60,218 nt of DNA from a virus (Duplodnaviria; Caudoviricetes), in IMG/VR virus record IMGVR_UViG_3300036985_003389, positions 1-60,218 of that record. The stretch is one strand, 5' to 3'. Position 1 is the stretch's first letter; every line of letters starts with the position of its first letter. The notes beneath the pieces were generated by a model, which ran no database searches, was not told the DNA's origin, and was given only the letters and a program-made list of their open reading frames with translations. Positions 33,001 through 38,905 of this stretch are shown piece by piece. A program made the translations under genes and the position numbers.

Positions 33001-35678
33001 TCTGTGCGAACAGGTCGTCCCACATCTCCGTCGCTTCCTCCCCGATCTGCGAGAGGTGTTCCGCCAGCCGGCCCGATTTCTCCATTTCCTGATACTGCAT
33101 CGGATACGCCTTCTTCAGGAACTCTCTGCGCATCACCTCGAAGTGTTGTGCTGACGGCATTGGCGGCCCTCTCCGATCGCGTATCGAATAATGCTTTCAG
33201 CCTAACAAAAGCATCGCCCTTTGTCTTGGCCTTGAATCTCGTGCCCGTGTAGGCCGTGACGATCTCGTCCAGCACCTTCTTGGTGACAGCACGATCCTTG
33301 CGGATATCGGTCATGACAGCCGTGAACGCCGACTGATCGGTGCCGGCCGTTTCGAGCATGCCAGCGTAGTCCTTGGCAATCTCGGTCAGCTTGGTCCCGG
33401 TCTGGCGCTCGATGCTCTCGGCGCGCTTGAGCGCACGGAATGACGGATCGATCGTGATGGAAAACCCGCCATCGAACGTCTGCTTCGTGACTGGACCCGG
33501 CTCAGTGGCCGGCAGCTGCACAGTCTGTGCCGTCTTGGCCTTGGGCGTGCGCCTGATGGCCCCCTTCGCATCAACCCGGATCAGCCCTTGCTTGGCTGCC
33601 GCGTCGAGCATGGGCTTCATCTGAGCATCGGACACACCGAGCTGCTTGGCCCATGACTTGGCTGGCGTCTTGCCTGCGATGAGGCTGGCAAGCTGGGATT
33701 GTGGATTGGGTGGCGCGGCTGGGCCAGCAGGCTGGCCGCTGGTGGCCCCCCGGTCAGTCTTTAGATTGTTGGTCTCGTGATCGTATCGATCCAGAGATTG
33801 CCGGTAATAGGCCATCTCGGCCTTGCGCTCTGGCGTAGTCCCGTAGTCCCGCTCGTTCCCGAACGCAGACGTCTGGGCACGGCTTGCCCCGTTCTCACGC
33901 ACGGCCTTGTCGGCAATCGCATCGATCGCAGCCCGCCGTTCTACTGACAGGCCATCGCTGGAGGCCAGCGCGGGCTCCGGAGCGGCACTGCCGGCAAACA
34001 GGTCGGTCTGTCCCGCTTCAATCTCAGCCTGACGTGTCCGGCCGCGCTGCAATCCGTCCATGGTCTCGGACAGGTCGTCACGCTCGGCGACCAGATGCCG
34101 CCGCCTGGACGCGGCGGGGCCCTTGATGGCCGGACCGAGTGCTGCAATCTCCTGCTCGATCTCGGCCACCCGAGCCGTGCCACCGCGAATCGCCCGGTCA
34201 TACTCGACCGTGCTGTCCATCTCGACACTGGCCGTTGCCGTCGCGCCGTCCCATGCCTGGACTTCCTTGGCCCGCTCCAGTGCCTCGGCATCGGTGGCTT
34301 GTGCCACCTCCTGCTTGACCTGCTGCGCCATCAGCCCGTGCTTCTGGGCCGTCTCGGGATCGGCCGTGCGCACGAAATTGGCGACATCATCGAGATAGGG
34401 ATCGGGCGTGGCTGCCTTGGCCGGCGGTGCTTGCTCGTCCTTGCGCAATTGCGGTGATGAGCCGGGGCGCGCCTTGCCATCAGGTTCAGTCAGATAGGTT
34501 GCCGAGTCCGGGCCTTCCGTCGGCGTGGCTGGTCCGTCCGGCTTCTTTTCCGGTCGATTGCGCACCAGTGCACGGCTGCCGCCCTCTAATGGGCCGCCTG
34601 CGATGGCGCCCTGGATGAAGCTTTCCAGCATCTGGCTTTCGATCCCCTTCAGGAGATCGTCATGTGCCACGCCATAGGCATCGGCCAGCGAGCGCGTCTT
34701 GGCGTAGACCGGCGCCGTCAATTCAAGCGCGGTCTGGAGAAATTCGGTCGTTCCTTCCTTGACGCCACCGGCAGCGAAGCCCTTGACGAGGCTCTTGATC
34801 AGGTGATCCGAGACCTCCTTCTTGGCCTCGTGACTAAACGCCGTCATGATCTGCTTGAAACCCGGAATGTATTCCAGGGCACCGTGGGCAATACCGGCCG
34901 CATACAAAACGTCCTCGTGATCTTCCGGCTTCACGCCGTTGTCATCGAATGCCTTCCTGATCGCGCCAATACCCATTGTCGGCAGCAACACCGGCAGTAC
35001 CGCGCCACCGCTCGCAATGCCGGCCGCCACGATTGGCACGATCGAACCCATACCCTTGAAGAACGTGCTGTGCGCATATTCGCCAAGATCTGAAACGAAA
35101 TTCTCCTTACGGATATCGGCAGCGCTCTGCGGCGCTGATGGCTTCCAAAAAGGATTCTTGAGAAGCTCCTCGTTCTGATCAGCCATAGACTTGCCGTAGC
35201 CGGCAACGCCTTGGGAGATCGACTCGCCGAGCGAACCATCGTCAGTTCGCCTAGCTACGCTCTCGCCCATAGTTTGCATGCCGCGACCGAACTCACTTGC
35301 AACACCACGCGTCCCCTGAATGAAGCTCTTGCCTGTTTGGGTCGTAGCCGGGCCAATGACCGCATGCCCTGCAACCGTGCCGGCCACCGACGCCAAATCT
35401 CTAGACAGGTCATTCGCGAACGTATCGTTCTCCCAGCTTTGACGAGCCCAGTCGACCACTGCCGAGCCGATCGAATCGAAGAAACCACGCTCATGGCTCG
35501 ATCTCTGCTCAGCTTGACGCTGCTGCATCGTCTCGCTGATAATCTCGTCCGTGCCAGGAACCGCCGTCACTGGCGCCACCGGGGAACGAGGCATTTCAGT
35601 CATGCTGGGTGACGCACCGCCACTGTCCAGCGACCTCAATTCGTTGAGTAGATCGTCGTCGTTTCTATCGTCAGCCAT
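18042..35678 (-). CDS. Giant (5,878 aa) polyvalent internal virion protein: DarB-like N6-MTase + SNF2 helicase, Fic-like, zeta-toxin-like, two HExxH zincins, GNAT-like, LPD23/LPD38-like
   Basis: Uninterrupted ORF in the T7 gp16 position. Motifs: IEPAAGIGHF/SNVPF (~32220-32435), HVVGSGKT (~30310), VDEAH (~29830), QRDGRILRQGN (~28640), HVWADGVGKTSK (~27270), GMPGSGKST (~26780), HETVH (~24040), LGRGVSSALF (~23270), TGWARDGRGNWQF (~22690), HEGGH (~22350), YQIPKAFE (~19245). Confidence 0.9.
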   Translation of the reverse strand: MADDRNDDDLLNELRSLDSGGASPSMTEMPRSPVAPVTAVPGTDEIISETMQQRQAEQRSSHERGFFDSIGSAVVDWARQSWENDTFANDLSRDLASVAGTVAGHAVIGPATTQTGKSFIQGTRGVASEFGRGMQTMGESVARRTDDGSLGESISQGVAGYGKSMADQNEELLKNPFWKPSAPQSAADIRKENFVSDLGEYAHSTFFKGMGSIVPIVAAGIASGGAVLPVLLPTMGIGAIRKAFDDNGVKPEDHEDVLYAAGIAHGALEYIPGFKQIMTAFSHEAKKEVSDHLIKSLVKGFAAGGVKEGTTEFLQTALELTAPVYAKTRSLADAYGVAHDDLLKGIESQMLESFIQGAIAGGPLEGGSRALVRNRPEKKPDGPATPTEGPDSATYLTEPDGKARPGSSPQLRKDEQAPPAKAATPDPYLDDVANFVRTADPETAQKHGLMAQQVKQEVAQATDAEALERAKEVQAWDGATATASVEMDSTVEYDRAIRGGTARVAEIEQEIAALGPAIKGPAASRRRHLVAERDDLSETMDGLQRGRTRQAEIEAGQTDLFAGSAAPEPALASSDGLSVERRAAIDAIADKAVRENGASRAQTSAFGNERDYGTTPERKAEMAYYRQSLDRYDHETNNLKTDRGATSGQPAGPAAPPNPQSQLASLIAGKTPAKSWAKQLGVSDAQMKPMLDAAAKQGLIRVDAKGAIRRTPKAKTAQTVQLPATEPGPVTKQTFDGGFSITIDPSFRALKRAESIERQTGTKLTEIAKDYAGMLETAGTDQSAFTAVMTDIRKDRAVTKKVLDEIVTAYTGTRFKAKTKGDAFVRLKALFDTRSERAANAVSTTLRGDAQRVPEEGVSDAVSGNGEIGPAGGTPLADRGGSDGDVGRPVRTDDGQSGPADGLPGEGEGDGGNTGTGAGDRELGANPPPASASLSDEQQAAVADQVAAEIERQELARADRETLNYQITPADQIGKGGPKAKVRGNIDAIRILRVLQEEKRPATVEEKAKLVKYVGWGAFSQDVFADHKPEWKAERNALKDLLTPAEYAAARASTTNAHYTSPEVITAMWDALEHMGFKGGRVIEPAAGIGHFIGLMPGKLRADTAWTAVELDILSGEITKALYGAADVRVAGFETQKWPDNHFDLAISNVPFAAEGPYDPTYKNKFTLHDYFFIKGLDKVRPGGIVAFITSSGTLDKAGTMARREMDRRGTFLGAVRLPGGNQGAFKANAGTDVTTDIIFFRKKMEGEPDRNPEWRTLSEVKTPEGATDINGYFAAHPDMMLGKMRLIGKMYGKGEPVLIGSTDGLGMKVVNAIADNIPAGSMIPRGVAAVDQPRQDVDTETDGIKEGSFYEKDGTLYRKVQGVGEPQNFGKEAAAKVRGFIGLRSIVNDMLAKQARGDRAGMDDYREALGKAYDDFVERYGPINRTIVTKQTRKDGKEVVIRRKPTLSLFQEDPDAFKVAAVEVYDEKSDTAKKAAIFNQDIVGSYQTPAITGPSDALAVSLNETGKVDMPLIAKRLGLNQAEAIASLDDQVFENPAGEIWQTNAEYLAGDVVEKLDQARIAAELDPMRYRRNVESLEKVQPEQLTRSEITIPFGAPWVPAEVYEKFLEEKLGGHRVELVYNEANARWNVLSGHFPLAANDTYGTARKNLVQILDYALNSNTVVITDTVQSEEGETRVRVPEAEAEARAKIDAIRDLFSGNSDLGVDGWAWEDMQRADRLEKLYNHTFNRIVPQKYDGSHLTFPGLARVVTFPDGTTGTINLLPHRVNAIWRVIQRGNTLFNHVVGSGKTWTAIMASMEMKRLGMVQRPMFVVPNHMLEQFSTEFYQAYPNAKLLVATKDQMSRDRRREFAAKVASDTWDGIIITHSAFTRVGMSPDTYREYYELQIQDLLDAKDQAAKDEGEDSPTVKDLEKAKKRLENRLKRLTDEESKDDGVTFEELGVDFMFVDEAHTFKSLHFATRHGRVRGISNKGESKRATDLYVKMGHLEKSRPGRSAVFMTGTLVSNTMAELYTMQRYLQGPMLRKYGLHQFDSWAGTFGKIVTKSELSSNSRDWVDTESFSQFVNMPELMSLVGEVMDTQTADMLKLPRPNLKGGKIEAVEVDLSETEESAIQGLIEEMEEAKGKKPGEGAPFISLFTKGIQLATDMRLVDPTAPFNPTGKIGRAVSNIFDIWKDGNVDPAAPNKAQLVFLDMGVPGSRGRRSTVTPATGTSGATVDTDIADVIRRELLDEARGTSEDAEVEAEVDEAEVEAKAMLVGKFNLYEDMKVRLIEKGIPADQIAFIHDANTDDKKAKLFERVRNGEVRVLFGSTGKMGVGTNVQRQLIAMHHLDAPWKPADVEQRDGRILRQGNKNPEVRILRYITKRSFDAYRWQLLDRKSIFIGQMFAGALGVRNAEDINPPLPEAAELKAAATGNPLIMEHAELSREVRQLQVAERGHVRSHKAAAANAATIRSMNEKSKADLAPYEEDALKVTDLAGDKFSVTLDVGTDGPVGFKERKKAGEAIRGYLHGVGSRIWGGYGSDSEIGTISGFQMKAIVKRTSDGILVKPEIVGVRDYSPMDSFLITETSDPVQLVRRWERMVAAIPEHIEMQRGRIARWETELPGLDKAAQPTPFPRADELRRKTRRLQRLEGVLKFGKTQSPDDAKAEAAYVEQGMANLKATSRTAAGIVDISASVGKAGQMAEGLTGDLAARSAVENFQGVISDIYRRREQMALLKPSELAKELDKIALAINRGILKEGALYREDDSDKFPYTRVADLPAAYKQFSEELAARLDDENADPVETAAWIEWRTNMTDHVWADGVGKTSKALAAIPLMRAGLSLPRYRANKEYFAFSQKAPVDPSAGGQAYLGQEWQKFLAYYRTLMAPEKFTEADYVEREAAIRQTLNSEEWTRATIADMSRDTEKQPGYGSPEWKAARTYNTPQGEIVGYDNAVQFLIDDAIEKIPGGAQKNERKLFILLGMPGSGKSTIAKKVGERHGAAHMVGDDAKLLIPEYDDGKNSGGVHEEASNMMKDAVARMVSAGGNIIVEKLGSSSSSINKLVDQFSANGYQITVVHVSVPKALAMERAVMRWRKTGRAVPTTEFDLTDSNIPKLLAILEEDRRVNETAKVTFNERADRWEVAGLPGLEIEGLWPRAGATSGNPRVDGVDRRPVVARGGERSGAAQGSQEEVAQAEIAKAEADLSQLTAGASQAPVTDDTSTPQFMFGGPSSPDAGTGQSMRRDLDALGYYSKALEAARGLKQAKGTPEQMLAQLKSAGVKDAEIEATKLGELLAPAKEGVIETLEMRPLVPGQDRMSDTFVGEWKPQGDRTASPPRRASLKQVTKSEIVKFLEENRVQVKEVQYGGQIDGTTDTQDLGGGLVDDDMMNDLVGGGAYTETSTVPSGAAGPTKWARHSLDSSNPTYRETVLHLPESRRAQEIEARMKENQRVIYDISEQAKDLRATPDFAPLRAARSENAALLSELKEIKASNFQSGHFPEPNIIGHMMTSMTTHRGKPVFTIDQIQSDWGQNLRDGGVRDEAKIAELKAKAKAADDRVGDLRAQAKPYIDEYLADLPADHRSRMDWTNLTNSVGATRYEDIPPGHVRSFLARIKKLDPTGLPTDLNVAISEQGLLRAELATAEAGSPGNPLVNTTDQWVNTVLRRAIRQASEAGADYIAIPSGDTVLSYNPGDDAGMRFFYGGAERPKQLKVYKSELERLEKGAASGVSAEEHAAGLKAAKRLVAQNSAIEGIVPKNLRNLIAKIDKASPSPERIETLDSPSGKTGLGKGFTLFPLTEAVKRSVMEEGQPLFRLAAESQIGNLGSFRPGYAERKAAIVADIEAEIARMAPRDVAIRVADHLAQQDQGEPVGFYEHGSRLLAVTLAYGPDTARGGAWHETVHALREAGAFTAAEWKSLLDRAAKIGIDEKIRTLRPDGTSHPALPEYATTYYLQARRMGMNDMRDVRDFVVERLNQERVARMAQDWSSGTRYGAAIDALLSRMVEIMQAIKTVLNKYGFNDLADLFERAEVSGIRARMTDGVLRDRIKSLTTPEQLEQRAQVLALYVPAGQAVLEQWGGTPSFSFGSSVQRPATQQPFSAAGMSGSVSIRTNEDGTELRTYSIGDGVASLVLSRDAMGRHEVASIRVKDEMLGRGVSSALFDAVERDLSTVVSSNGWLSEDAYRYWQKRNGESVAHHVNGGPMFDGAWIGPAQLDRMIAAMEAANEPDRLQYLIELRRGIPPEALAQSRMDVLFGVVRGAARRASELVARADQDGLGVSLGSSMASVVDYANTVTKLLGGMPLFSIRAFDDSQTAMPNEPTADPDTFAVARDMASNGSPEIEIFLSTGWARDGRGNWQFIGLEQAIADDNGGSGGGAAPQFMFGKGRDRKVKPITEIIANLKDVLGMNATQGLYGLTVEGVQTGKKSRTFRPTQFVAGQYDRLTGTQRYRLSTDIDNVAHEGGHHIERLFGTDLAHIKMRHRAELEALSTQQGNQLSEGFANFFRDYILRPDHVQQMAPNFLAEFEDFLDGHGPEILEAIERLHLLQSRQEWQDYIRATDLERAHANLKSEADNSFTKRFSDFYESIGQSRTISGFSHAVYEAGVDQNHQWYLAVSKFLARADENLKADDKGRAISLAVHENPYKLMRSIGDSFKTGLRWIQDGMPNYRDTSFRSPSLHDALSLAMGKTWSLGKHQSFGVYLESRRAAEEWKVWTAKQYKIADIAGKLSNIDAVRPALADLSRKLSDRVERLISRQIGDATLVQDRQRSASAAEKELADIGQRLDQLKDELAGAEMATAMNSDERQSLISRKQRQIAMWERKQADAVRRMESVTADRDEREIGESAQGNMLEQLQAQAEDAANRLKGIDTYARELSAELADTKKNGMQRNPHAISQDIHEQRIERLESENPTFKDAAQMVYDFQWQQVLHDQQAGRLTQAEVDYRRTRKDWYVPFARDISDVDADAAGPGGAGIKRFSKDKRFLGSDRNVIHPIETIMDQTFHRAAATHYNEVILSLKALAERVGPGGSAIAEVVDQSEIVEASAAEFDRLREHLVSLGYDAHDADEMIKRIEHDFTDTQLLLKWAPGSFGAKRPLLIPYWENGDRKMIRINDPEFAAGVVETLNGIGREMSSLMIDMIAKPATLLRMGVTTHPAFIATNILRDMVSAWTLTGSIMHPSTWPIITQARGLYHEVAQTDMARLYQEVAGLMGGQNVAALSAARDKVDVMALKAKGLQIKPLSMGLSMAAGGIAGGMMMGPAGAMSGAMVGAATHQSGSPSKWFANLAYLSDMSETATRLGVFTQAYKAALAYNPSLTPYQAAQEAAFVARDLIDFGRHGSRMLVAAKLVPFLNAQIQGLDKAQRTFLALSDRGKELSSAKMGGAIVVAGALGTLVGGPIAGSIAGTVTAAILAHAAARVDSVRELLAPFYKQQNGLPLSADSEKALATSAMAWTNLVLYTGVLLSFMALYRDDDEYRRINARIKNKAQPVKINGEWYQIPKAFELAIPSIFIEAAIDAQTKGDPNFWERVNEGLWDSLSPPLVPQAVRMWRDIGANYNSLSKRSIISEHMQALPPQEQFGAYASHFAISLSRMVNESTAKKPVEKVGSAIFQNKFELTPAIIDYALQSGLGYWGKDIQKTSNVSRPNGPRTGNIIEYPLIGTMVQRFQIDPDRASDAHGAYYEVMGKQGDGYIRAAKGYEHYLKLGLVDQNGRAQANAYLATLESDEARAYAVIEQQTSNRKKNAHPLNRARDMLRVVKGLQGDILTERLVDSSSRTEPVPIKLTPKQADSARDVLNTLAAIETENALIALRHKQFATRKLRDPQPAIDLLASISMELANQFDLRVSRGSSGTTIFQKVRIPDWKETVEGWPVLRDEMLEGWRDAGSERVSGSRRIRVK
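26159..26359 (-). CDS. Nested +1-frame 66-aa ORF overlapping the end of the zeta-toxin-like domain (candidate antitoxin)
   Basis: Preceded by GAGGAGGATCGGAGGGTCA-ATG. The host frame here is a low-complexity G/R-rich linker. The product has an amphipathic acidic/Trp helix (TPEWMEWIDDQWLLAAV). Confidence 0.5.
   Translation of the reverse strand: MKPPKSPSTSEPTGGKSPGFLDWKSRDYGLGPEPPRGTPEWMEWIDDQWLLAAVNEAEPHKAPKKK
32876..33160 (-). CDS. Nested +1-frame TnpV-like protein inside the giant gene
   Basis: MRREFLKKAYPMQYQEMEKSGRLAEHLSQIGEEATEMWDDLFAQM...ERVKVTEAIPEQVREIVNSELI follows the TnpV pattern. GGAGAGG RBS lies 7 nt before ATG. The host frame is a disordered G/D linker. Confidence 0.72.
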   Translation of the reverse strand: MPSAQHFEVMRREFLKKAYPMQYQEMEKSGRLAEHLSQIGEEATEMWDDLFAQMMDNPDLPTDYLERVKVTEAIPEQVREIVNSELIHLPLPRA

Positions 35679-35687
35679 GAGGTTCCG

Positions 35688-35978
35688 ATGCTGGATTACA
35701 TGATCAACACAACGGCACTAACGCTCGGTGCGACCGTCATTGCATTGCCGGTCATTTTATTGATTCGTGGACCGCTATGGGTGCGGATAGTAGTTGGTGC
35801 CGTGCTCGGCGCTGCCCCTTCGGCATTCATCGCGTGGACAGGAAGCCTCGATGCTGGCACCGACGATCATCTGTTGCGCATGGCACTTGGCGCGATGATC
35901 GGAGCGTCCACTGCCTGGCTCGTCTGGGGTGCGCAAAGGAACGCCAGAACCGAGCCACCAGCGCGCCCGTGGCGATAG
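35688..35978 (+). CDS. Small three-TM membrane protein, opposite to the late operon
   Basis: Three hydrophobic segments. It fills exactly the gap between two - strand virion genes. Confidence 0.65.
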   Translation: MLDYMINTTALTLGATVIALPVILLIRGPLWVRIVVGAVLGAAPSAFIAWTGSLDAGTDDHLLRMALGAMIGASTAWLVWGAQRNARTEPPARPWR

Positions 35979-35981
35979 CCC

Positions 35982-38351
35982 CTACTTCCCGACAGCCTGC
36001 TTGAGCACACGTGCGGTACTGCCAGCGCCGAACTCGCGGTCGAAGACGGCACGCCGCTTCTCGGGATCGGCCATCAACCACTTCATGTGGGCATCGTTCG
36101 GCTGCCGGCCAGCTGGCATGGCCCGGCCCTTCACCGCGTCATCGCGCGACATCGACGGCGTGGCGAAAAGAGCGAGGCGCGATGCGTCGACCGCTGCTGT
36201 TCCTGGCGCTTGCTCGCCGAACCAGATCCGGTCCGTGATCTCGGATTGCTTGAGCCGTCGCACATCATCCGCCGTGACTGGCTGGCCCTTGACGGCCTTG
36301 AGAATCGTATCGCTGGCCACGTCCTTATACTTGTCGCCAGTCAGCTTGTAGCCGATGGCCTCGCGAAACGCAGTTGGGCCATGCACCGGGCCATAAATTT
36401 TCAGTGCCCGGTCGGCACCGGCCCGCAAGTGCTTCTCGATCTGGGCATCATCGAGCCCCTTCGCATCCGGCATTTGAAGGATGCCGCTAGCTTCCGCCCG
36501 CGTGATGATCTTTCGCTCATACGAGGGAATGCCGATCTTCTCCTGCAGGGCCAGCCGTGCCTCAACCAAGCGCTGATGCGCGGCTTCCGGCGTGATCCGA
36601 CCCTTATCCTTGGCGATCTCGTTGCGTGCCGCGATCATCTCGGGCTCGCGCTCCAAGGTCAGCGCCAGATCGCGCTTGCGGGCCTCCTCCGTTCGCTTCC
36701 AGGCTCGTTCGGCCTTTTCCATCACGCGCGTATTGCGCCTGAAGGTTTCCGAGCCCTCGTCGGCATCCGGCAGGTTCTTCGTGATGTGCTCGATCGCCTG
36801 ATCCTGATTCATGCGGCGCAACGGCAGCACCACGCGGGCCTCGAGCCGAGCTTCCTCAACCTGTTCCTGGAGCTTCGTGTGCTGGTTCTTGGTAATCACC
36901 TGACCGGCCCGGTCAAGCGAAGTGCGACCGTCGGTGCCCGCTACCGGCTCCTTGCCCTGGCGGATCAGTTCGAGATCGTTCGCCGTCTCGGATTGCAGCT
37001 TGTTGCGCAACGCCACCCGCGCCACGTTCAGCAGCTTCTGGCGCTCGACGAACGGCAAGTGCCGGAACGGGGCCTGATCGGTGAACTGGTAGAGCTCGAC
37101 CGCCGCTTGCCCTTCCTCGCCAGTTGTGCCGGGCCCTGCCTCGCCAACGGCCAGCAACTCGCCGCGCTTGACCTCGCCCATACCAGCGAAGGACGTGATA
37201 CCTCGCCGCTCTATCGGCGTTTCCTTTGACGGTTTGATCGACGGATCGACCTCGAAGTGCATGGGGTCTGGCTTCGAGAAATCACCACCCCATTTCAAGC
37301 CGTGCTTTGCTGCGATCTCGCGCAACTTGTCCGCACCGATCTGTCCTGCAATCGCGCCCATCCCGCCATCTCGCGGGTTGTCCGTCCAGTTCACATCGAT
37401 GGCACGTCCAAACGAGTGCTCGCTCGGCTTGTTCGTGCCGGCGATGTTGCGCTTGGCGAAGCCGCCCGATTGATCACCTTTGACATCCAGGCCCTCGGCT
37501 TCCAAATCCGCCAGCAGCCCCGCGAAGCGATCGGAATGCTCGCCATTGACACGAAAGCGGGCGCCAGATGCCGTCGACAAAACGGTCATGTCGCCAGATT
37601 CTTCGCGCTTGATTTCCGACGTAACCGGCGCGTCCTGATCGCCCTTGGGCCGCATCTGTAAGCGCTGAATGGCGCGTTCCGGGTCTTTCTCGACCTCGAC
37701 CCGAGCCGCGATCTGCTCGAGCTGGGCCGGCAACTTGCGCATGATCGAATCGCGCTTGCCGATGGGAATACGTGACGAGCCAATCAGCTGCCGGGCCGCG
37801 GCGATGTGTTCCTGCACGCGATCTGGGGCTTCCTGAACCCTCCCCTCGAAGTCCAGCAGGCTCTTTTGAACGTCCTCGATGTGGAAACGATCACGCTCGT
37901 CAAGCTCGGCGTGCCACGCCTTAGTGTGAAACCGCTCGCCCCACTCCAGCATCTTGCTGTCGAGCTTCTTCAGCGTGCCAGGGCCGTAGTTCCGCTCCTT
38001 GGCAGCTGCGAAGGTATCGCGCGCCAGCGCATCATAGCCGCCCTTGAACTGATCGGCGAAGCCATCTCCGCCCGGCGTCATGTTGCGCTTTTCTTCGTCC
38101 AGCTTGCGCTCGGTATCGCGCTGGAAGCTGATCAGAGTCTTGGTGACCTCGTAGTCGTCAGCCTCGTTCTGGGCTGCCAACATGCCGCCGAAGATCTGCT
38201 CGCCAGCCTTGGCTATCACCGGTCCAGAACGGGCGATATCCCGCCCCGGCTCCTCGATGTTGATCCGGTCCTGCTTGTCGAACGCAATGACGTTCCGGCC
38301 AGGACTCGGCAGCTGCGTTTCGAGCGCGAAGGACGTCGGGATCTTGGCCAT
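35982..38351 (-). CDS. Internal virion protein with M15-family peptidoglycan peptidase domain
   Basis: RNIAGTNKPSEHSFGRAIDVN...GLKWGGDF..PDPMHFE (~37250-37470) within a helical gp15-position protein. Confidence 0.85.
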   Translation of the reverse strand: MAKIPTSFALETQLPSPGRNVIAFDKQDRINIEEPGRDIARSGPVIAKAGEQIFGGMLAAQNEADDYEVTKTLISFQRDTERKLDEEKRNMTPGGDGFADQFKGGYDALARDTFAAAKERNYGPGTLKKLDSKMLEWGERFHTKAWHAELDERDRFHIEDVQKSLLDFEGRVQEAPDRVQEHIAAARQLIGSSRIPIGKRDSIMRKLPAQLEQIAARVEVEKDPERAIQRLQMRPKGDQDAPVTSEIKREESGDMTVLSTASGARFRVNGEHSDRFAGLLADLEAEGLDVKGDQSGGFAKRNIAGTNKPSEHSFGRAIDVNWTDNPRDGGMGAIAGQIGADKLREIAAKHGLKWGGDFSKPDPMHFEVDPSIKPSKETPIERRGITSFAGMGEVKRGELLAVGEAGPGTTGEEGQAAVELYQFTDQAPFRHLPFVERQKLLNVARVALRNKLQSETANDLELIRQGKEPVAGTDGRTSLDRAGQVITKNQHTKLQEQVEEARLEARVVLPLRRMNQDQAIEHITKNLPDADEGSETFRRNTRVMEKAERAWKRTEEARKRDLALTLEREPEMIAARNEIAKDKGRITPEAAHQRLVEARLALQEKIGIPSYERKIITRAEASGILQMPDAKGLDDAQIEKHLRAGADRALKIYGPVHGPTAFREAIGYKLTGDKYKDVASDTILKAVKGQPVTADDVRRLKQSEITDRIWFGEQAPGTAAVDASRLALFATPSMSRDDAVKGRAMPAGRQPNDAHMKWLMADPEKRRAVFDREFGAGSTARVLKQAVGK

Positions 38352-38905
38352 CAGCCGTATTTCACCGTTGTTCCAGACTTCCACGAGGCAGCCGTCGGCA
38401 TGTCATAAGCATACTTCGGTGTTGTCCCGACCCCGCCCTTGTAGGCTGATCCCGCCATCGATCCAACGCCGGACAGGATTGTCGAAGACATGGCAATGCC
38501 TTGCCCGCTCGCACCCACTTTCGACGCATAGCGCTTGTTCACGGCCTGAGCGTCGAGGCTGCCTGCTGCTTCCTCACCCTCCCAGAGCTTCAGGTTGGAA
38601 TTGTACTCGCCGCGCGCCGCGGTATTTCCGAGAATCTCCGAAACAGACCCTTCCAAGCCGCCACCGGATGCCGCCGCCCGTGCGCGCTGATCACCCATCA
38701 GGCGCTCAGCCCGCTCGCGCTCAGCCTCCGCACGTCGCTGCGCCGACGCTCTCTGCTGTCCCGCCTGTGTTTCCAGCGCCGCCGCATCATGCTCGGCAAT
38801 CGTCTGGCTGGCATCGTTCTTCTTCGATTCACCCAGCACACTCATGGCGGTACCGGCCGCCGTCGTAGCCAGCTGCATGAGAATCAGCGGCTCAACGCCC
38901 GACAT
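38351..38905 (-). CDS. Internal virion protein (T7 gp14-like position)
   Basis: QRARAAASGGGLEGS motif, hydrophobic ends and synteny. Confidence 0.75.
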   Translation of the reverse strand: MSGVEPLILMQLATTAAGTAMSVLGESKKNDASQTIAEHDAAALETQAGQQRASAQRRAEAERERAERLMGDQRARAAASGGGLEGSVSEILGNTAARGEYNSNLKLWEGEEAAGSLDAQAVNKRYASKVGASGQGIAMSSTILSGVGSMAGSAYKGGVGTTPKYAYDMPTAASWKSGTTVKYG

